A stretch of DNA of 64,000 nt. It comes from Myxococcota bacterium. Lineage in GTDB: Bacteria; Myxococcota_A; UBA796; GCA-2862545. Below, one piece after another: positions 28,938-38,507 of the stretch. The stretch is taken from positions 1-64,000 of the forward strand of contig JBCCQY010000030.1 of the NCBI GenBank assembly GCA_039208735.1, given 5' to 3'. Made by a program: the position numbers and the translations under genes. The notes under the pieces were generated by a model. It worked only from the letters and a program-made list of their open reading frames with translations. It did no database searches and was not told the DNA's origin. The first letter of the stretch is position 1; each line of letters opens with the position of its first letter.

Positions 28938-31106
28938 TTGTCCATTCTCTTGTTGATCCTGTCATGCTTCAGCGGACCGACGACCATCACCGGGGCCGTC
29001 CCTGGGGTTGACCGACCGGCCACCCTCGAAGCCGAACTCCGCACGCACCTCAACGACCCAGATGCCAAGTATGTCAACCGCCTAGCCAAGGCCTCAAGCC
29101 CGTATTTGCGGGACCATGCCACGAATCCGGTCGACTGGTATGAGTGGGGTGACGAGCCTTTCGAGCGGGCCCGAGCCGAGAATCGACTGGTGTTTCTTTC
29201 GGTCGGCTACCACACCTGCCACTGGTGCCATGTGATGGCCGAGGAGTCGTTCGAGGACGACGAGATCGCAGGCGTGCTCAACACGCGCTTCGTCGCCATC
29301 AAGGTAGACCGTGAACAGCGGCCCGACCTCGATGAGGTTTACATGGGCGCCGTGCAGATGCTCTCGGGACGAGGAGGCTGGCCGCTGACCGCCATCCTCA
29401 CTCCCGAGGGCGAACCTGTATTCGCGGCAACCTACCTGCCCCCGCGCGATGGCGACCGAGGGTCCCGCAAGGGTCTGCTCACCGTGCTGAACTATTTCGC
29501 TGAGGAGTGGGGAAAGGATCCCGAACGGCTGACAAAGGCGGCGGCGGCGATCACCGCGCGACTCGTCCAGGCGGCCAAACCAGCTCCTCCGGGCGACCTG
29601 CCGGGCCCCGATGCCATCGACCATGGGGTACAGGCCTTGCTCGACCGCTACGACCCCACGTACGGGGGCTTCGGCCGAGCTCCAAAGTTCCCCACCCCTT
29701 TGCGGTTGGATTTGCTCCTCGCCGAGGCGTGGCGTCGCAACGACCCGAAGCTTCGCAAGCCCGTTCACGCCACGCTGCGGCAGATGGCCCGGGGTGGCCT
29801 GCATGATGTGATCGGAGGCGGCTTTCACCGCTATGCGACGGACACCGCCTGGCGCGTCCCCCATTTCGAGAAGATGCTGTACGACAACGCACAGCTCCTC
29901 TCGACGTACGCCCGGGTCGCGGCCTTGACCGACGACCCCGAGCTGCGCTGGGTGGCGCGACGCACCGCGGCGTTCCTGGTGGACGAGCTGGCCACGCCCG
30001 AGGGCACCTTCATCGCGGCGCTGGACGCCGACAGCCTCACCGCACGGGGGCACCTCGAAGAAGGCGCGTTCTACACCTTCACCCCGTCCGAAGTCCGTGC
30101 GGCGCTGCCCGCGGCCAAAGCAACCCAAGCGCTCACCACCTTCAGCATCACGAAGCGCGGCAACTTGGACGGTCGTTCGGTTCCGGCGTTGGTCGAGGCT
30201 CCGGCTGCGCCATGGCAGGACGCTGAAGTCGATGCGCTACGCAACACCCTCAAGCAAGCTCGAGCCTCCCGCCCTTCTCCTGCCCGCGACGGGCAGGTCA
30301 TCGTGGCGTGGAACGCATTGGCGATCTCGGGCCTGATCGATGCCGCCCGGAGCCTTGGCGAGTCCCGATGGCAGGACGCGGCCCTCACCGCAGCAGAAGC
30401 CCTCTTCAAGGGAGCCGACGACGAAGGCCATCGGTTGTCCCGGCTCGCCGCGGAGGGAAGCCCTCCTGCCGTCCTCGAGGATGAAGCCAATGCGGCCGTG
30501 GCGGCTCTTGATCTGTTCGGCGCCACCGCCGATCCACGCTGGCTTCGCGTGGCCCAAGCCCGGCTCGCCGTGATCGAGCGTCACTTCGCCGATCCAGCGG
30601 GAGGTTGGTTCCGTCCGGCGAACGACAGCTCCGACCTGCTTCGCCGACCCAAGCCCCAGTTTGAAGGCCCCGAGCCATCCGGGGCCGCCACGGCCATTGA
30701 GGCAGGACTGCGTATCGCCCATTTGACCGGCACCTCCACCGAGATCGCCGATCGGGCACTGCGGGCGTATGCCCTGATCTTTACCAGTTCCCCCATGGGC
30801 ATGGGGGCCGTCCTGCAACAGGTCGTGCGACGCCACGACGCGGCCACCGAAGTGGTCGTCGTGTGGCCCGACCAGGCGGATCCCAAGCCGCTCCTCGACG
30901 TGCTGACCCACCATGATCTTCCCCACGCCGAGATGATTACGGCGCCGGCCAGCGCGATGGCCCGCGTCAAAGACGTACCGTGGGTCGAGGGCAAGGTTCC
31001 TCGCGACGACAAGCCTACGGCCTACGTCTGCACTGCGGGGGTCTGCGAGTTTCCCGTGACCACCGCAGATGGATTCGATCAGGCCTTGCGCAGGCTGGTT
31101 CCGTAA
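28938..31106 (+). CDS. Thioredoxin-domain protein (YyaL/DUF255 family)
   Basis: NRLAKASSPYL, NPVDW, GYHTCHWCHVMAEESF, GGWPLT, PHFEKMLYDNAQL. Start uncertain; TTG 28938 gives lipobox ILSC. Confidence 0.92.
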   Translation: MSILLLILSCFSGPTTITGAVPGVDRPATLEAELRTHLNDPDAKYVNRLAKASSPYLRDHATNPVDWYEWGDEPFERARAENRLVFLSVGYHTCHWCHVMAEESFEDDEIAGVLNTRFVAIKVDREQRPDLDEVYMGAVQMLSGRGGWPLTAILTPEGEPVFAATYLPPRDGDRGSRKGLLTVLNYFAEEWGKDPERLTKAAAAITARLVQAAKPAPPGDLPGPDAIDHGVQALLDRYDPTYGGFGRAPKFPTPLRLDLLLAEAWRRNDPKLRKPVHATLRQMARGGLHDVIGGGFHRYATDTAWRVPHFEKMLYDNAQLLSTYARVAALTDDPELRWVARRTAAFLVDELATPEGTFIAALDADSLTARGHLEEGAFYTFTPSEVRAALPAAKATQALTTFSITKRGNLDGRSVPALVEAPAAPWQDAEVDALRNTLKQARASRPSPARDGQVIVAWNALAISGLIDAARSLGESRWQDAALTAAEALFKGADDEGHRLSRLAAEGSPPAVLEDEANAAVAALDLFGATADPRWLRVAQARLAVIERHFADPAGGWFRPANDSSDLLRRPKPQFEGPEPSGAATAIEAGLRIAHLTGTSTEIADRALRAYALIFTSSPMGMGAVLQQVVRRHDAATEVVVVWPDQADPKPLLDVLTHHDLPHAEMITAPASAMARVKDVPWVEGKVPRDDKPTAYVCTAGVCEFPVTTADGFDQALRRLVP

Positions 31107-31110
31107 GACC

Positions 31111-31683
31111 CTACTCGGCGTCGATCGCCAACACGAATGGCCCGTAGTCGTCGTCGCCGTAGCCATCAACCTGCGCGATGACGGTCTGACCTGCCTCCAG
31201 CGTCACGGACACCCGAGACTGAAAGGTGATGCCGTTGTAGTCATCGTCACACGCCAACTCGGGTCCGTCGCAACTCTCGAGAACCACCAGGACCGTGTCG
31301 AACACGTTGGATGGGTCGTCGACGAGGTCGAATCGATAGGTACCGGCGGCGGGCGCGGTGAATCCAATGAGCATCTCTGGGCCATCCTCACCCTGGCCCG
31401 CTCGGCAAGACGGCCGCAGCCTATCGGTGTGTTCAGAGGTGTCGCCCGTGACCGTCTCGCTGACCTTGCCCTGCGCCCAGGCATCCACACAGTCGAACGA
31501 AGGAGTCGTGACCAACTCCCCCGTCTCGATGGGAACCGTGTCGACGGGAAGGACGGTGCCTTCCGGCGCCCGGTCGATCGCAGGCTCGGGGTCGTCGCCC
31601 GTCTGCGGACCACCGGAGAACTCGTCGGTCGACGTGACGTCGCAGCCAATGGCCAACCCGAGCATCCATGACAACCTGGTCAT
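31111..31683 (-). CDS. Acidic lipoprotein with PPC-like beta-sandwich
   Basis: GGAGG plus ATG, lipobox AIGC, FTAPAAGTYRF, FDTVL, ELACDDD, VDGY. Confidence 0.78.
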   Translation of the reverse strand: MTRLSWMLGLAIGCDVTSTDEFSGGPQTGDDPEPAIDRAPEGTVLPVDTVPIETGELVTTPSFDCVDAWAQGKVSETVTGDTSEHTDRLRPSCRAGQGEDGPEMLIGFTAPAAGTYRFDLVDDPSNVFDTVLVVLESCDGPELACDDDYNGITFQSRVSVTLEAGQTVIAQVDGYGDDDYGPFVLAIDAE

Positions 31684-31729
31684 CGGCCCTCCGACGCGCT
31701 TCTTATCCGAGCGCAGAGACCGTGTCGGG

Positions 31730-32008
31730 CTATAGGCGTCGCTTCTTCGGCGTCGGCGGCGCGGGAGCGGGGTTCTCAGGGGCCGGTGGTGATGCCTCGG
31801 GTGCCGGCGGAGCCTCCGCTTGGGGTTCCGAACGCTCGGGCTCGGCATCGAATCCTGCGGCCCTCGCAAGCTGCTCGTTCGCCTTTCGCGCCGCTTCGCG
31901 GGCCCGTCCGACCAACTCTTCGGGGTCCGCCTCGAATTCATCGAACGACTTCTGCAGCTCGATGACCTTGCCTCGAGCGAGATTGGTCAACCTCTTGAAG
32001 ATGCTCAT
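31730..32008 (-). CDS. Small hypothetical protein with amphipathic N-terminus and Pro-rich tail
   Basis: GAGG plus ATG 32008; MSIFKRLTNLARG...PTPKKRRL. Confidence 0.7.
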   Translation of the reverse strand: MSIFKRLTNLARGKVIELQKSFDEFEADPEELVGRAREAARKANEQLARAAGFDAEPERSEPQAEAPPAPEASPPAPENPAPAPPTPKKRRL

Positions 32009-32015
32009 CGCGACC

Positions 32016-32351
32016 TCACGGCGAGACGGGAGTGGGGGCGGACTGCGTAACCAGAGGCGGTGCACAGTCGTCGTAGGACATGGAGGCTTGGCCAGCGTCA
32101 TTGCACGTGGTGTTGTCGACAAGGCACCGGTAGTACGGGCCCCAATCGACCCCCGACTGTACCCCGTCGCAGAAATTGTCGGGGTCGTAGCTAAGCCCCA
32201 AACAGGACTCGAGCCCGTTCATGTGAGCCACGTAGTCGCGGCACAGGTTGACGTCTCCGACGGTCCCGCCCGAGCCTGTAAGGCTCGAGAGCATGTCGCA
32301 ACCCGCCAGCGGAAGCCCCCCAATCACGAGGAGGCGAAGAGCAGAGGTCAT
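32016..32351 (-). CDS. Small Cys-rich lipoprotein
   Basis: AGGA plus ATG 32351, lipobox LAGC, six further Cys. Confidence 0.72.
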   Translation of the reverse strand: MTSALRLLVIGGLPLAGCDMLSSLTGSGGTVGDVNLCRDYVAHMNGLESCLGLSYDPDNFCDGVQSGVDWGPYYRCLVDNTTCNDAGQASMSYDDCAPPLVTQSAPTPVSP

Positions 32352-32386
32352 GCCGTCCTGTACTGTTTTGACGGGTCCCCCGCACC

Positions 32387-34204
32387 TCATGGCACCTCCG
32401 GAACCGTCTCGACCACCATGGCATCCTCGTTGACCTCAGCCGCAGGATTTCCTCCGATCGGGGGCCCTTCGGCAGGCAGGGTCTCGATGCTCGACCGGGC
32501 CTCGGCAAGTTCGGCTTCCCGGGCGGCAAGGGCCTCGAGCGCTTGGTCACGAGCGATCCGCATGGCCTCGAACTCCGCTTCGAGCAATCCAAGACGGGCC
32601 TCCATGTCGGCCAGCCGTGCGGTCGTGTCGGCGAGGGAGGCACGCAGGACCCCGCCTTCGGCTTGCAATCCTTCCACGGTGAGGTTCGCAGCTTCGAGGT
32701 CGGCAAGCGCTTCGTCTCGAAGCAACCTCAATTCTTCGAGGGAAGCGGTCAACGCAGCACTCTGCTCCTCCGCCGCTCGCCGTTGTTCCAGCTCCACTCG
32801 ATAGCGGCGTTCCGCGGCGGACTCGGAAAGCAGCGCCTGTTGGTGGGCGCGCTCAGCATCTTTCAGGTCCGCTTGCGTGTCCGCGAGCTGCGTCGCTGCC
32901 TCGGCCACTTCATCCTCGAAGTCGGAGACCTGTTTGCGGTAGTCGCCCATGGTCACACGAGCTTCATCGATGTCAGCGGTCAGGTCCCTTCGACGCTGCT
33001 CGAGAAACCCCACGGCGGCACCGAATGCCACCAAGGTGACGAGCAACAGGCCGACCGTCACCGCAGCGGTGCGATGGCGAGCCACGAACAGCCCCACCCT
33101 GAGGAGCGGGGCCGTGCCGTCGACCGCCGTCGCATAGCCGTTGAGCCAGGCTTCGAGGTCTTGAGCCAACGCCACCGCTGTGGGGTAGCGGCGCCTTGGG
33201 GTGCGATGCATCGCGCGTTCGACGATGCGGGCCAAGCGGCGAGGGACGCGGGCCCGCCGGCGCAGGCGAACCGGCGGCCCCCGCTTCACCTGGGCCAGCA
33301 CATCGAGCGCAGGCACTCGGGCGCTCTCGGCCGCCAGATAAGGGTGGTCACCCACAATCAGCGCGTAGAGGGTGGCGCCCAACGCATACACATCGGTGGT
33401 GCGACTTGGGGGCTCCCCGCGGGCCTGCTCGGGAGGCATGTAGGCGGGCGTCCCGACAATGGCCCCCTTTCCGACATCCGTCTGGACGGTGACCGTCCGG
33501 TTCGCCGCCGTGCCCGCCGTAGGCGCCGGGTAGACCTGATCTGCAGCCAGACCAAAGTCGGTCACTTTGGCGCGACGGCTGACCGGGGTGAGCAGGATGT
33601 TGCCGGGCTTAAGGTCCCGATGCAGAACCCCGATGCGGTGTGCTGCCTCGACCCCCCGGGCGGCCTCCGCCACGACCCGCACCTTCTCCGCCAACGACTG
33701 CAACGTCACTTCGGACAGACTCTGTCCCGTCGTCAGCGCTTCCGAGCCATCATCCGTGGGCTCATACTCAGCGCACAACTCCATCTCGATGAACGGGGGA
33801 CCACCGGGAACGCGTCCGGCCGTCTTGATGCGAACCACATGGTCGCTAATGATCGAGGATGCAGCGCGTGCTTCGTGGAGAACGACCTGTAGCGCACCAT
33901 CGCCCCGAACGTTCTCGGGATGCAGGAGCTTGAGGGCCGTGAACGCGCGGAGGTGCGTATCCCAAGCCTGCCAGACGCTCGCCGTGGCGCCTTCGCCCAG
34001 CTTGCGCTCGAGCCGGTACGGTCCAAGCATCGTGCCCGTTGCGATGGCAACCGGACGCTCCATTTCCGCCTCCGCCGACAACAATGCGCGCACCTGGGCC
34101 TCGGCCGCGGGGTCGCCTTTGCAGCGTTCGACGATCGCGTGCTCCCGTTCTTCGATTGGGAGTTCGGAAAGCTCCTGAAACAGCTCGTCGACGTACAAGC
34201 TCAC
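32387..34204 (-). CDS. Ser/Thr protein kinase with TM and C-terminal coiled coil
   Basis: LGEGATASV, ALK, HRDLKPGN, DFG, GTPAYMPPEQ, DVYALG; GTGA overlap with ECF gene. Confidence 0.93.
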   Translation of the reverse strand: MSLYVDELFQELSELPIEEREHAIVERCKGDPAAEAQVRALLSAEAEMERPVAIATGTMLGPYRLERKLGEGATASVWQAWDTHLRAFTALKLLHPENVRGDGALQVVLHEARAASSIISDHVVRIKTAGRVPGGPPFIEMELCAEYEPTDDGSEALTTGQSLSEVTLQSLAEKVRVVAEAARGVEAAHRIGVLHRDLKPGNILLTPVSRRAKVTDFGLAADQVYPAPTAGTAANRTVTVQTDVGKGAIVGTPAYMPPEQARGEPPSRTTDVYALGATLYALIVGDHPYLAAESARVPALDVLAQVKRGPPVRLRRRARVPRRLARIVERAMHRTPRRRYPTAVALAQDLEAWLNGYATAVDGTAPLLRVGLFVARHRTAAVTVGLLLVTLVAFGAAVGFLEQRRRDLTADIDEARVTMGDYRKQVSDFEDEVAEAATQLADTQADLKDAERAHQQALLSESAAERRYRVELEQRRAAEEQSAALTASLEELRLLRDEALADLEAANLTVEGLQAEGGVLRASLADTTARLADMEARLGLLEAEFEAMRIARDQALEALAAREAELAEARSSIETLPAEGPPIGGNPAAEVNEDAMVVETVPEVP

Positions 34205-34740
34205 GAGGATCCCTCGTCGAGTCGGGCCGCGAGCCACGCCTTCACAAAGCGCACATCGCTGCCCACCGTGGATTTTGGGATGCCCGTGAGCGAAGCGATC
34301 TCGGACTCCGACAGCCCACCGTACAGCGCAAACCGAGCCAGCCGCGCCTTACGCGCCCCGTTGCGAATGCGCTCCGTCGTGACCTCGAGTTCATCGAGGA
34401 GGGCATCCACCGCGAGCAGGGTTTCCGGCTGTTCATGCGACAGGCCAGGAATATCCTGGAGTTCTACTCGAATCCCCGAAGTCGGCCGTTTGGCGGCACG
34501 TCGACGACGGGCGTGGTCCACGAGCTCTCGGCGCATCTGGGTCACCGCTAAGGCGACCACCTTCTCGGGTTCGTTCTCCGCGACCTCCCGCAGATCGCCC
34601 GACAGGAGACGAATCCAGGCTTGATGGACCAACTCCATCGACTCGAGCGTGTGCGCATAGGGTTCGCGACGAAGCAACGCACGTGCGACCACGCGCAGCT
34701 CATCGTAGATCGAACGCAGGTTGCTCCCATCATCGCTCAT
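34201..34740 (-). CDS. ECF sigma factor of the kinase-associated (ECF43-like) type
   Basis: IYDELRVVA, HTL...LVHQAWIRL, MRRELVDHARRRRAAKR, GGLSESEIA, KAWL; coupled to kinase. Confidence 0.88.
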   Translation of the reverse strand: MSDDGSNLRSIYDELRVVARALLRREPYAHTLESMELVHQAWIRLLSGDLREVAENEPEKVVALAVTQMRRELVDHARRRRAAKRPTSGIRVELQDIPGLSHEQPETLLAVDALLDELEVTTERIRNGARKARLARFALYGGLSESEIASLTGIPKSTVGSDVRFVKAWLAARLDEGSS

Positions 34741-34821
34741 GCTCGGCTCGTATCTCGCAAGATCGTTTGGGTCGGCGAGCCGTCGTTTGCGCTGATACAC
34801 GCGAGACCTCGGGAGGTTCGA

Positions 34822-35361
34822 ATGAAGTCCCTTTTGATTGCGACGGCCCTCGTGCTTGCCTTGCCCGCATGCAAGAAGACGGCCCCCGAAGCGGCGGCGA
34901 CGCTCACCACGCCACCCCCCACCGCCACGACAAAACCCGTCGACGAGCAGGCCGCAGCAAACCAGCTCGTCGAAAATTTCCAACGCGTGTTCTTCGAAAC
35001 CGACAGCTCACGCCTCGACACCGGCAGTCAGGACGCCCTTCGGGCCAATGCTCGAATCCTCGAAGCGTTCCCGCGCATCGAAATCGAGGTGCAGGGACAC
35101 GCCGATGAACGCGGAACCATCGACTACAACCTGGCCCTGGGTCAACGCCGCGGCGAGTCCGTCGTCGACTTCCTGCGTCGTGAGGGCGTGGCGCCGTCGC
35201 GGCTCAAGATTGTGAGCTACGGTGAAGAACGTCCGCTGGATCGCTCCAACGGCACCTCGGCGTGGGCCAAGAATCGACGAGCCGAGTTCCGGGTCCTGAC
35301 GGGCGACGCCCAGGTCGCAGGCACGGTCACGACGTCGGGACGACCGGTCGGCGGGCCGTAA
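34822..35361 (+). CDS. OmpA/Pal family peptidoglycan-associated lipoprotein
   Basis: GGGAGG plus ATG, lipobox LPAC, GHADERGTIDYNLALGQRR, SYGEERP, AKNRRAEF. Confidence 0.92.
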   Translation: MKSLLIATALVLALPACKKTAPEAAATLTTPPPTATTKPVDEQAAANQLVENFQRVFFETDSSRLDTGSQDALRANARILEAFPRIEIEVQGHADERGTIDYNLALGQRRGESVVDFLRREGVAPSRLKIVSYGEERPLDRSNGTSAWAKNRRAEFRVLTGDAQVAGTVTTSGRPVGGP

Positions 35362-35905
35362 TCACAATCGCCGGAGGGAGGTTCCGCCACGTGACCTCGC
35401 TCCGCTCTACCTCGTCGAACTGCTGGTGGAGCATCTCTTCAAAGCGGCGAAAGCCCGGCAGCACGACGCTGTGGACATAACTGAACGTCACCAGCACCCC
35501 GTTGGGTCGAAGCACGCCCAAGATTCCGTCGAGTTCGCGCTTCTGGTCGGACAGTCGCCACGCCGCCCATGGCAGGCTGCTCACGACCCGGTCCACGGAA
35601 CCCGGTCCGAGAAGCTTCGGCAATTGCCGCGCCGGAGCTTCCGCGAGGTCCTGCTCGGGAAAGCGTGTGCGCAACGTCTGGATGAACGGCGGATGGGGTT
35701 CGAGCACCAGCTCCAGCGGCGTGACTTCGAGCAGCGCTTGAGTCACCACACCGGTGCCTGCTCCAACTTCCACCACCCGGTGGTCAGGAAGCAGGTCGGC
35801 CCGCTCTACCATCGCGTCTGCGAGTTCCGAACTGGAAGGTGCCACTGCCCCGATCCTACGCGGTCGTTGAAGGAACTGGAAGAGGAACGAGAAGAATTCC
35901 GTCAC
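35327..35905 (-). CDS. Class I SAM methyltransferase (PmtA-like phospholipid N-methyltransferase)
   Basis: IGAVAPSS, VVEVGAGTG, VVSSLP, TFSY, RNLPPA. GTG 35905 overlaps the corrected upstream stop. Confidence 0.85.
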   Translation of the reverse strand: MTEFFSFLFQFLQRPRRIGAVAPSSSELADAMVERADLLPDHRVVEVGAGTGVVTQALLEVTPLELVLEPHPPFIQTLRTRFPEQDLAEAPARQLPKLLGPGSVDRVVSSLPWAAWRLSDQKRELDGILGVLRPNGVLVTFSYVHSVVLPGFRRFEEMLHQQFDEVERSEVTWRNLPPAIVITARRPVVPTS

Positions 35906-36523
35906 TGCACGCCGGAACGACACGTCACATGAAGGGCGAATGCGCCCTCTTCGTCATCTCTGCCTTCCACAACCACAAACCAGGGTCGAGCCGCCCCTTG
36001 ATTCACGATGTCGATGTGCTCCCGAGCGGTGCCCTTTCGCACGCTCGCTTCGCACTTGCGCGTGACCGAACCTGGCTCGGGGGCAGGTGTCTTCGGAGCC
36101 TCCGGGGAATGCGAACAGGCTTAGGTCGGCACAGGGACTGTCGAGCCAGACCTCGTAGTGCCATTCACCTTCGGGCAGATCGAGGCGATATACGCGCTCG
36201 TCGCCTCCATCGTGGTTGGTGGTGAACGGCGTGCAGAACTTTTGCTCGTAGAAGCGGGAGTCGTACAACTCGACGCCTCCCCGCGTGTGGCCGATCATGG
36301 CTTGATCGCAAGTCAGGATGCCCGAAAGGCAATCTGGGCCTGTCACGGGCCCTCCGTCGACGAGCTGGTCACACTGTGCGCTTGTGACCGCCGCCTTCGG
36401 ACCCGGCAGGAATGTACGAGCCCCGGTTCGGGCAATCGGTCCTGGTTTTTCGACATCCACCCCATTCTCGAATTCGAGCGGCGCACAGCAAGCCGCGAGA
36501 TAGTAAAGCCAGGACCACCACAT
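35902..36523 (-). pseudogene. Cys-rich lipoprotein gene interrupted by a +1 frameshift (pseudogene or sequencing error)
   Basis: GAGGTG plus ATG, lipobox LAAC. Removing one base of the G5 run at 36079-36083 continues as EPGSVTRKCEAS...WFVVVEGRDDEEGAFALHVTCRSGVQ to TGA 35902-35904. Confidence 0.75.
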
Positions 36524-36647
36524 CCGTCACCTCACCCGGGAACGTTCATCTACGTCGCCCACCCACGGCCTGGTAACGGAAACGTGATGATGTTGAACGC
36601 GGAAGGAGTCTGGGTCTGGCATACTTCGCCCCATTCGGAGTGGACCC

Positions 36648-37061
36648 ATGGTTCGACGTTCGCGTGGCGCAGCGGCCCTCGAGTTTGTCTTGATCCTCCC
36701 CTTCCTCCTTTTGCTGATGGCGGGAATGGTGGACGGTGCGCTGTTCTTTTCCAACGCACAGCGCGCGCTGCTGGCGGCCTCGGCGGGTGCCCGTGCGGGG
36801 GCGACGACCGAGGAGCAGTCGCCAATCGATGGGTCTGAGATCGTCAACGCGGCCACCCAGGCGGCAACCGACCAACTCAACCGCGGGGCGGTGGTCCCGG
36901 CCCTCCATTCGGTCCGCGTCGAATGGCTCGACCGAGGAGGCCACACCTACGTCATCGTCACCGTGGAGGTCGAAAGCCAGCGCCTGTTCCCTTCGCTGAC
37001 CCCCTTTCCCGATCGGGTCAGTCGGCGGGTGGCGATGATGACCGTCGAGCAGCTCCCGTAG
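36648..37061 (+). CDS. TadE/TadG-like pilin-like protein
   Basis: RSRG-AAALEFVLILPFLLLL prepilin motif (G-1, E+5), AGARAG. Confidence 0.85.
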   Translation: MVRRSRGAAALEFVLILPFLLLLMAGMVDGALFFSNAQRALLAASAGARAGATTEEQSPIDGSEIVNAATQAATDQLNRGAVVPALHSVRVEWLDRGGHTYVIVTVEVESQRLFPSLTPFPDRVSRRVAMMTVEQLP

Positions 37062-37069
37062 GAGGAGGA

Positions 37070-37091
37070 CCAGGATCCGTCTGGATCCTGG
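37070..37091. other. Perfect hairpin downstream of tadE-like gene
   Basis: CCAGGATCC-GTCT-GGATCCTGG, 9-bp stem, no U tract. Confidence 0.6.
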
Positions 37092-37419
37092 CCACCACGC
37101 CCTCGGTACAGACCCCAGGCGCCCTTGACGTGGGGATCCTCCACATCCATGACGTCGAGCGCCCGGTCCTGGCCGCCGATTGGGTCGGGCATCGACGGCG
37201 AGGTTGCGCCGGAACCGCGCGGTGTTCCTCCAACGCCCTTGTCGGAACCCCAGGGGTGGACGTCGACTCGTGCAGCTCGACGTCCTGACAAGTCGTCACG
37301 CTTCAGCGGTCCCGGGTACGACCTGGCGTCAACGTGTCGCGAGACCGTTCCACACCGCCTTGGCAGGGCCGTCCTCCGGCTGGAATGAGAACTGCACGTG
37401 CCGCGCCCGGAGGTGGCCC

Positions 37420-37974
37420 ATGTGGGGATTCGTGCTGGGGTGGGTCTTGGGATGCGACATCGCAGGCCCGTTGGGCCCGGGAATCGGTTCGGAGGAACTG
37501 CTTGCGGGCCTCGTCGACCTCAGTCAAGAACTCGAGGCACTCGAGCGCAGGGTCGAAGCCCTCGATGCAGCCCCTCCGGCGGAGGCGGTGCCGCTTGATG
37601 GCTGCCTCCCCTGGTCCAGAATGACCGAGTTGCTCGATGAAGCGACCCTTCGGCCCCGCCGGCCGTTCGGAGCGTTCGACGGACTCGTCCTCGTCGCGGA
37701 CGGAAACCTGGCGGAGGTGCTCGGTTTGTTGCCGGGCGACCGCCTCATGTCTGTTCAAGGGTGGACCATGGCCACCGAGCGGGACCGTGCCCGCCTCCGC
37801 CGCGGGTTCGAACTCGACCCGCCCTCGCTCGTCACGCTCGAAATCCGCCGTCGCCGACCGGGAGATCGAAACGTCGATGACGCGTATGTGCTGACCTACC
37901 GCCTGGTGGAGGAGCTGGAGGACTGCCTCAATACGGGTGGGTCTGCACCCGAGGGTCGGCCGGGGCTGGAGTGA
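37420..37974 (+). CDS. Lipoprotein with PDZ-like (GspC C-terminal-like) domain
   Basis: GGAGG plus ATG, lipobox VLGC, LGLLPGDRLMSVQG, VTLEIRRR. Confidence 0.7.
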   Translation: MWGFVLGWVLGCDIAGPLGPGIGSEELLAGLVDLSQELEALERRVEALDAAPPAEAVPLDGCLPWSRMTELLDEATLRPRRPFGAFDGLVLVADGNLAEVLGLLPGDRLMSVQGWTMATERDRARLRRGFELDPPSLVTLEIRRRRPGDRNVDDAYVLTYRLVEELEDCLNTGGSAPEGRPGLE

Positions 37975-38425
37975 GCCGGGCCTGCACCGCCATCGTCGCC
38001 TCAAGACGCTTCACGTCGCTCACGAGACGCTGATGCTGACGAGCTTCGTGGGGAAGCAGGGGCGCCGACCGTCCTAGGACGAGCAGGGCCAGGTGGGCAC
38101 ACAGCGCAAAGAGCAAGCCACACACCGCCAACATGGCCAATGCAATCGGCAACGGAATGACTGCGGCCGCTTCGAGGCGAGACACGATCACCGCGAAGTC
38201 CCGCTCAATCAAGCTGACGAGCATCACCCCAATCGCTGCGACCCCGAACACGATCGTCGAAAAGAGCGAGAGCGACCGCAACAGCAGGAACGGGTGGAAA
38301 GGCCGAGTGCTACGCAACCGTTCGATGACCCGCCGGTTGAGCGTTTGCCGCTCGAATTTCTCGAGCTTGTCCCGAGCGACCGCAAGTTGCGGCGCCAAAT
38401 CCTGCCTCTCCTGCCACGTGAGCAT
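37928..38425 (-). CDS. Hypothetical membrane protein (2 TM)
   Basis: GGGAG upstream of ATG 38425; two hydrophobic segments flanked by helical regions. Confidence 0.7.
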   Translation of the reverse strand: MLTWQERQDLAPQLAVARDKLEKFERQTLNRRVIERLRSTRPFHPFLLLRSLSLFSTIVFGVAAIGVMLVSLIERDFAVIVSRLEAAAVIPLPIALAMLAVCGLLFALCAHLALLVLGRSAPLLPHEARQHQRLVSDVKRLEATMAVQARLTPAPADPRVQTHPY

Positions 38426-38507
38426 CCGCCGGCTCCCCACGGACCGAGGATGGGAATGGTCCGCGTGCTCAGCGAGTCTAGCGCCGGCGCAACGTCGTCG
38501 CGAGTTC

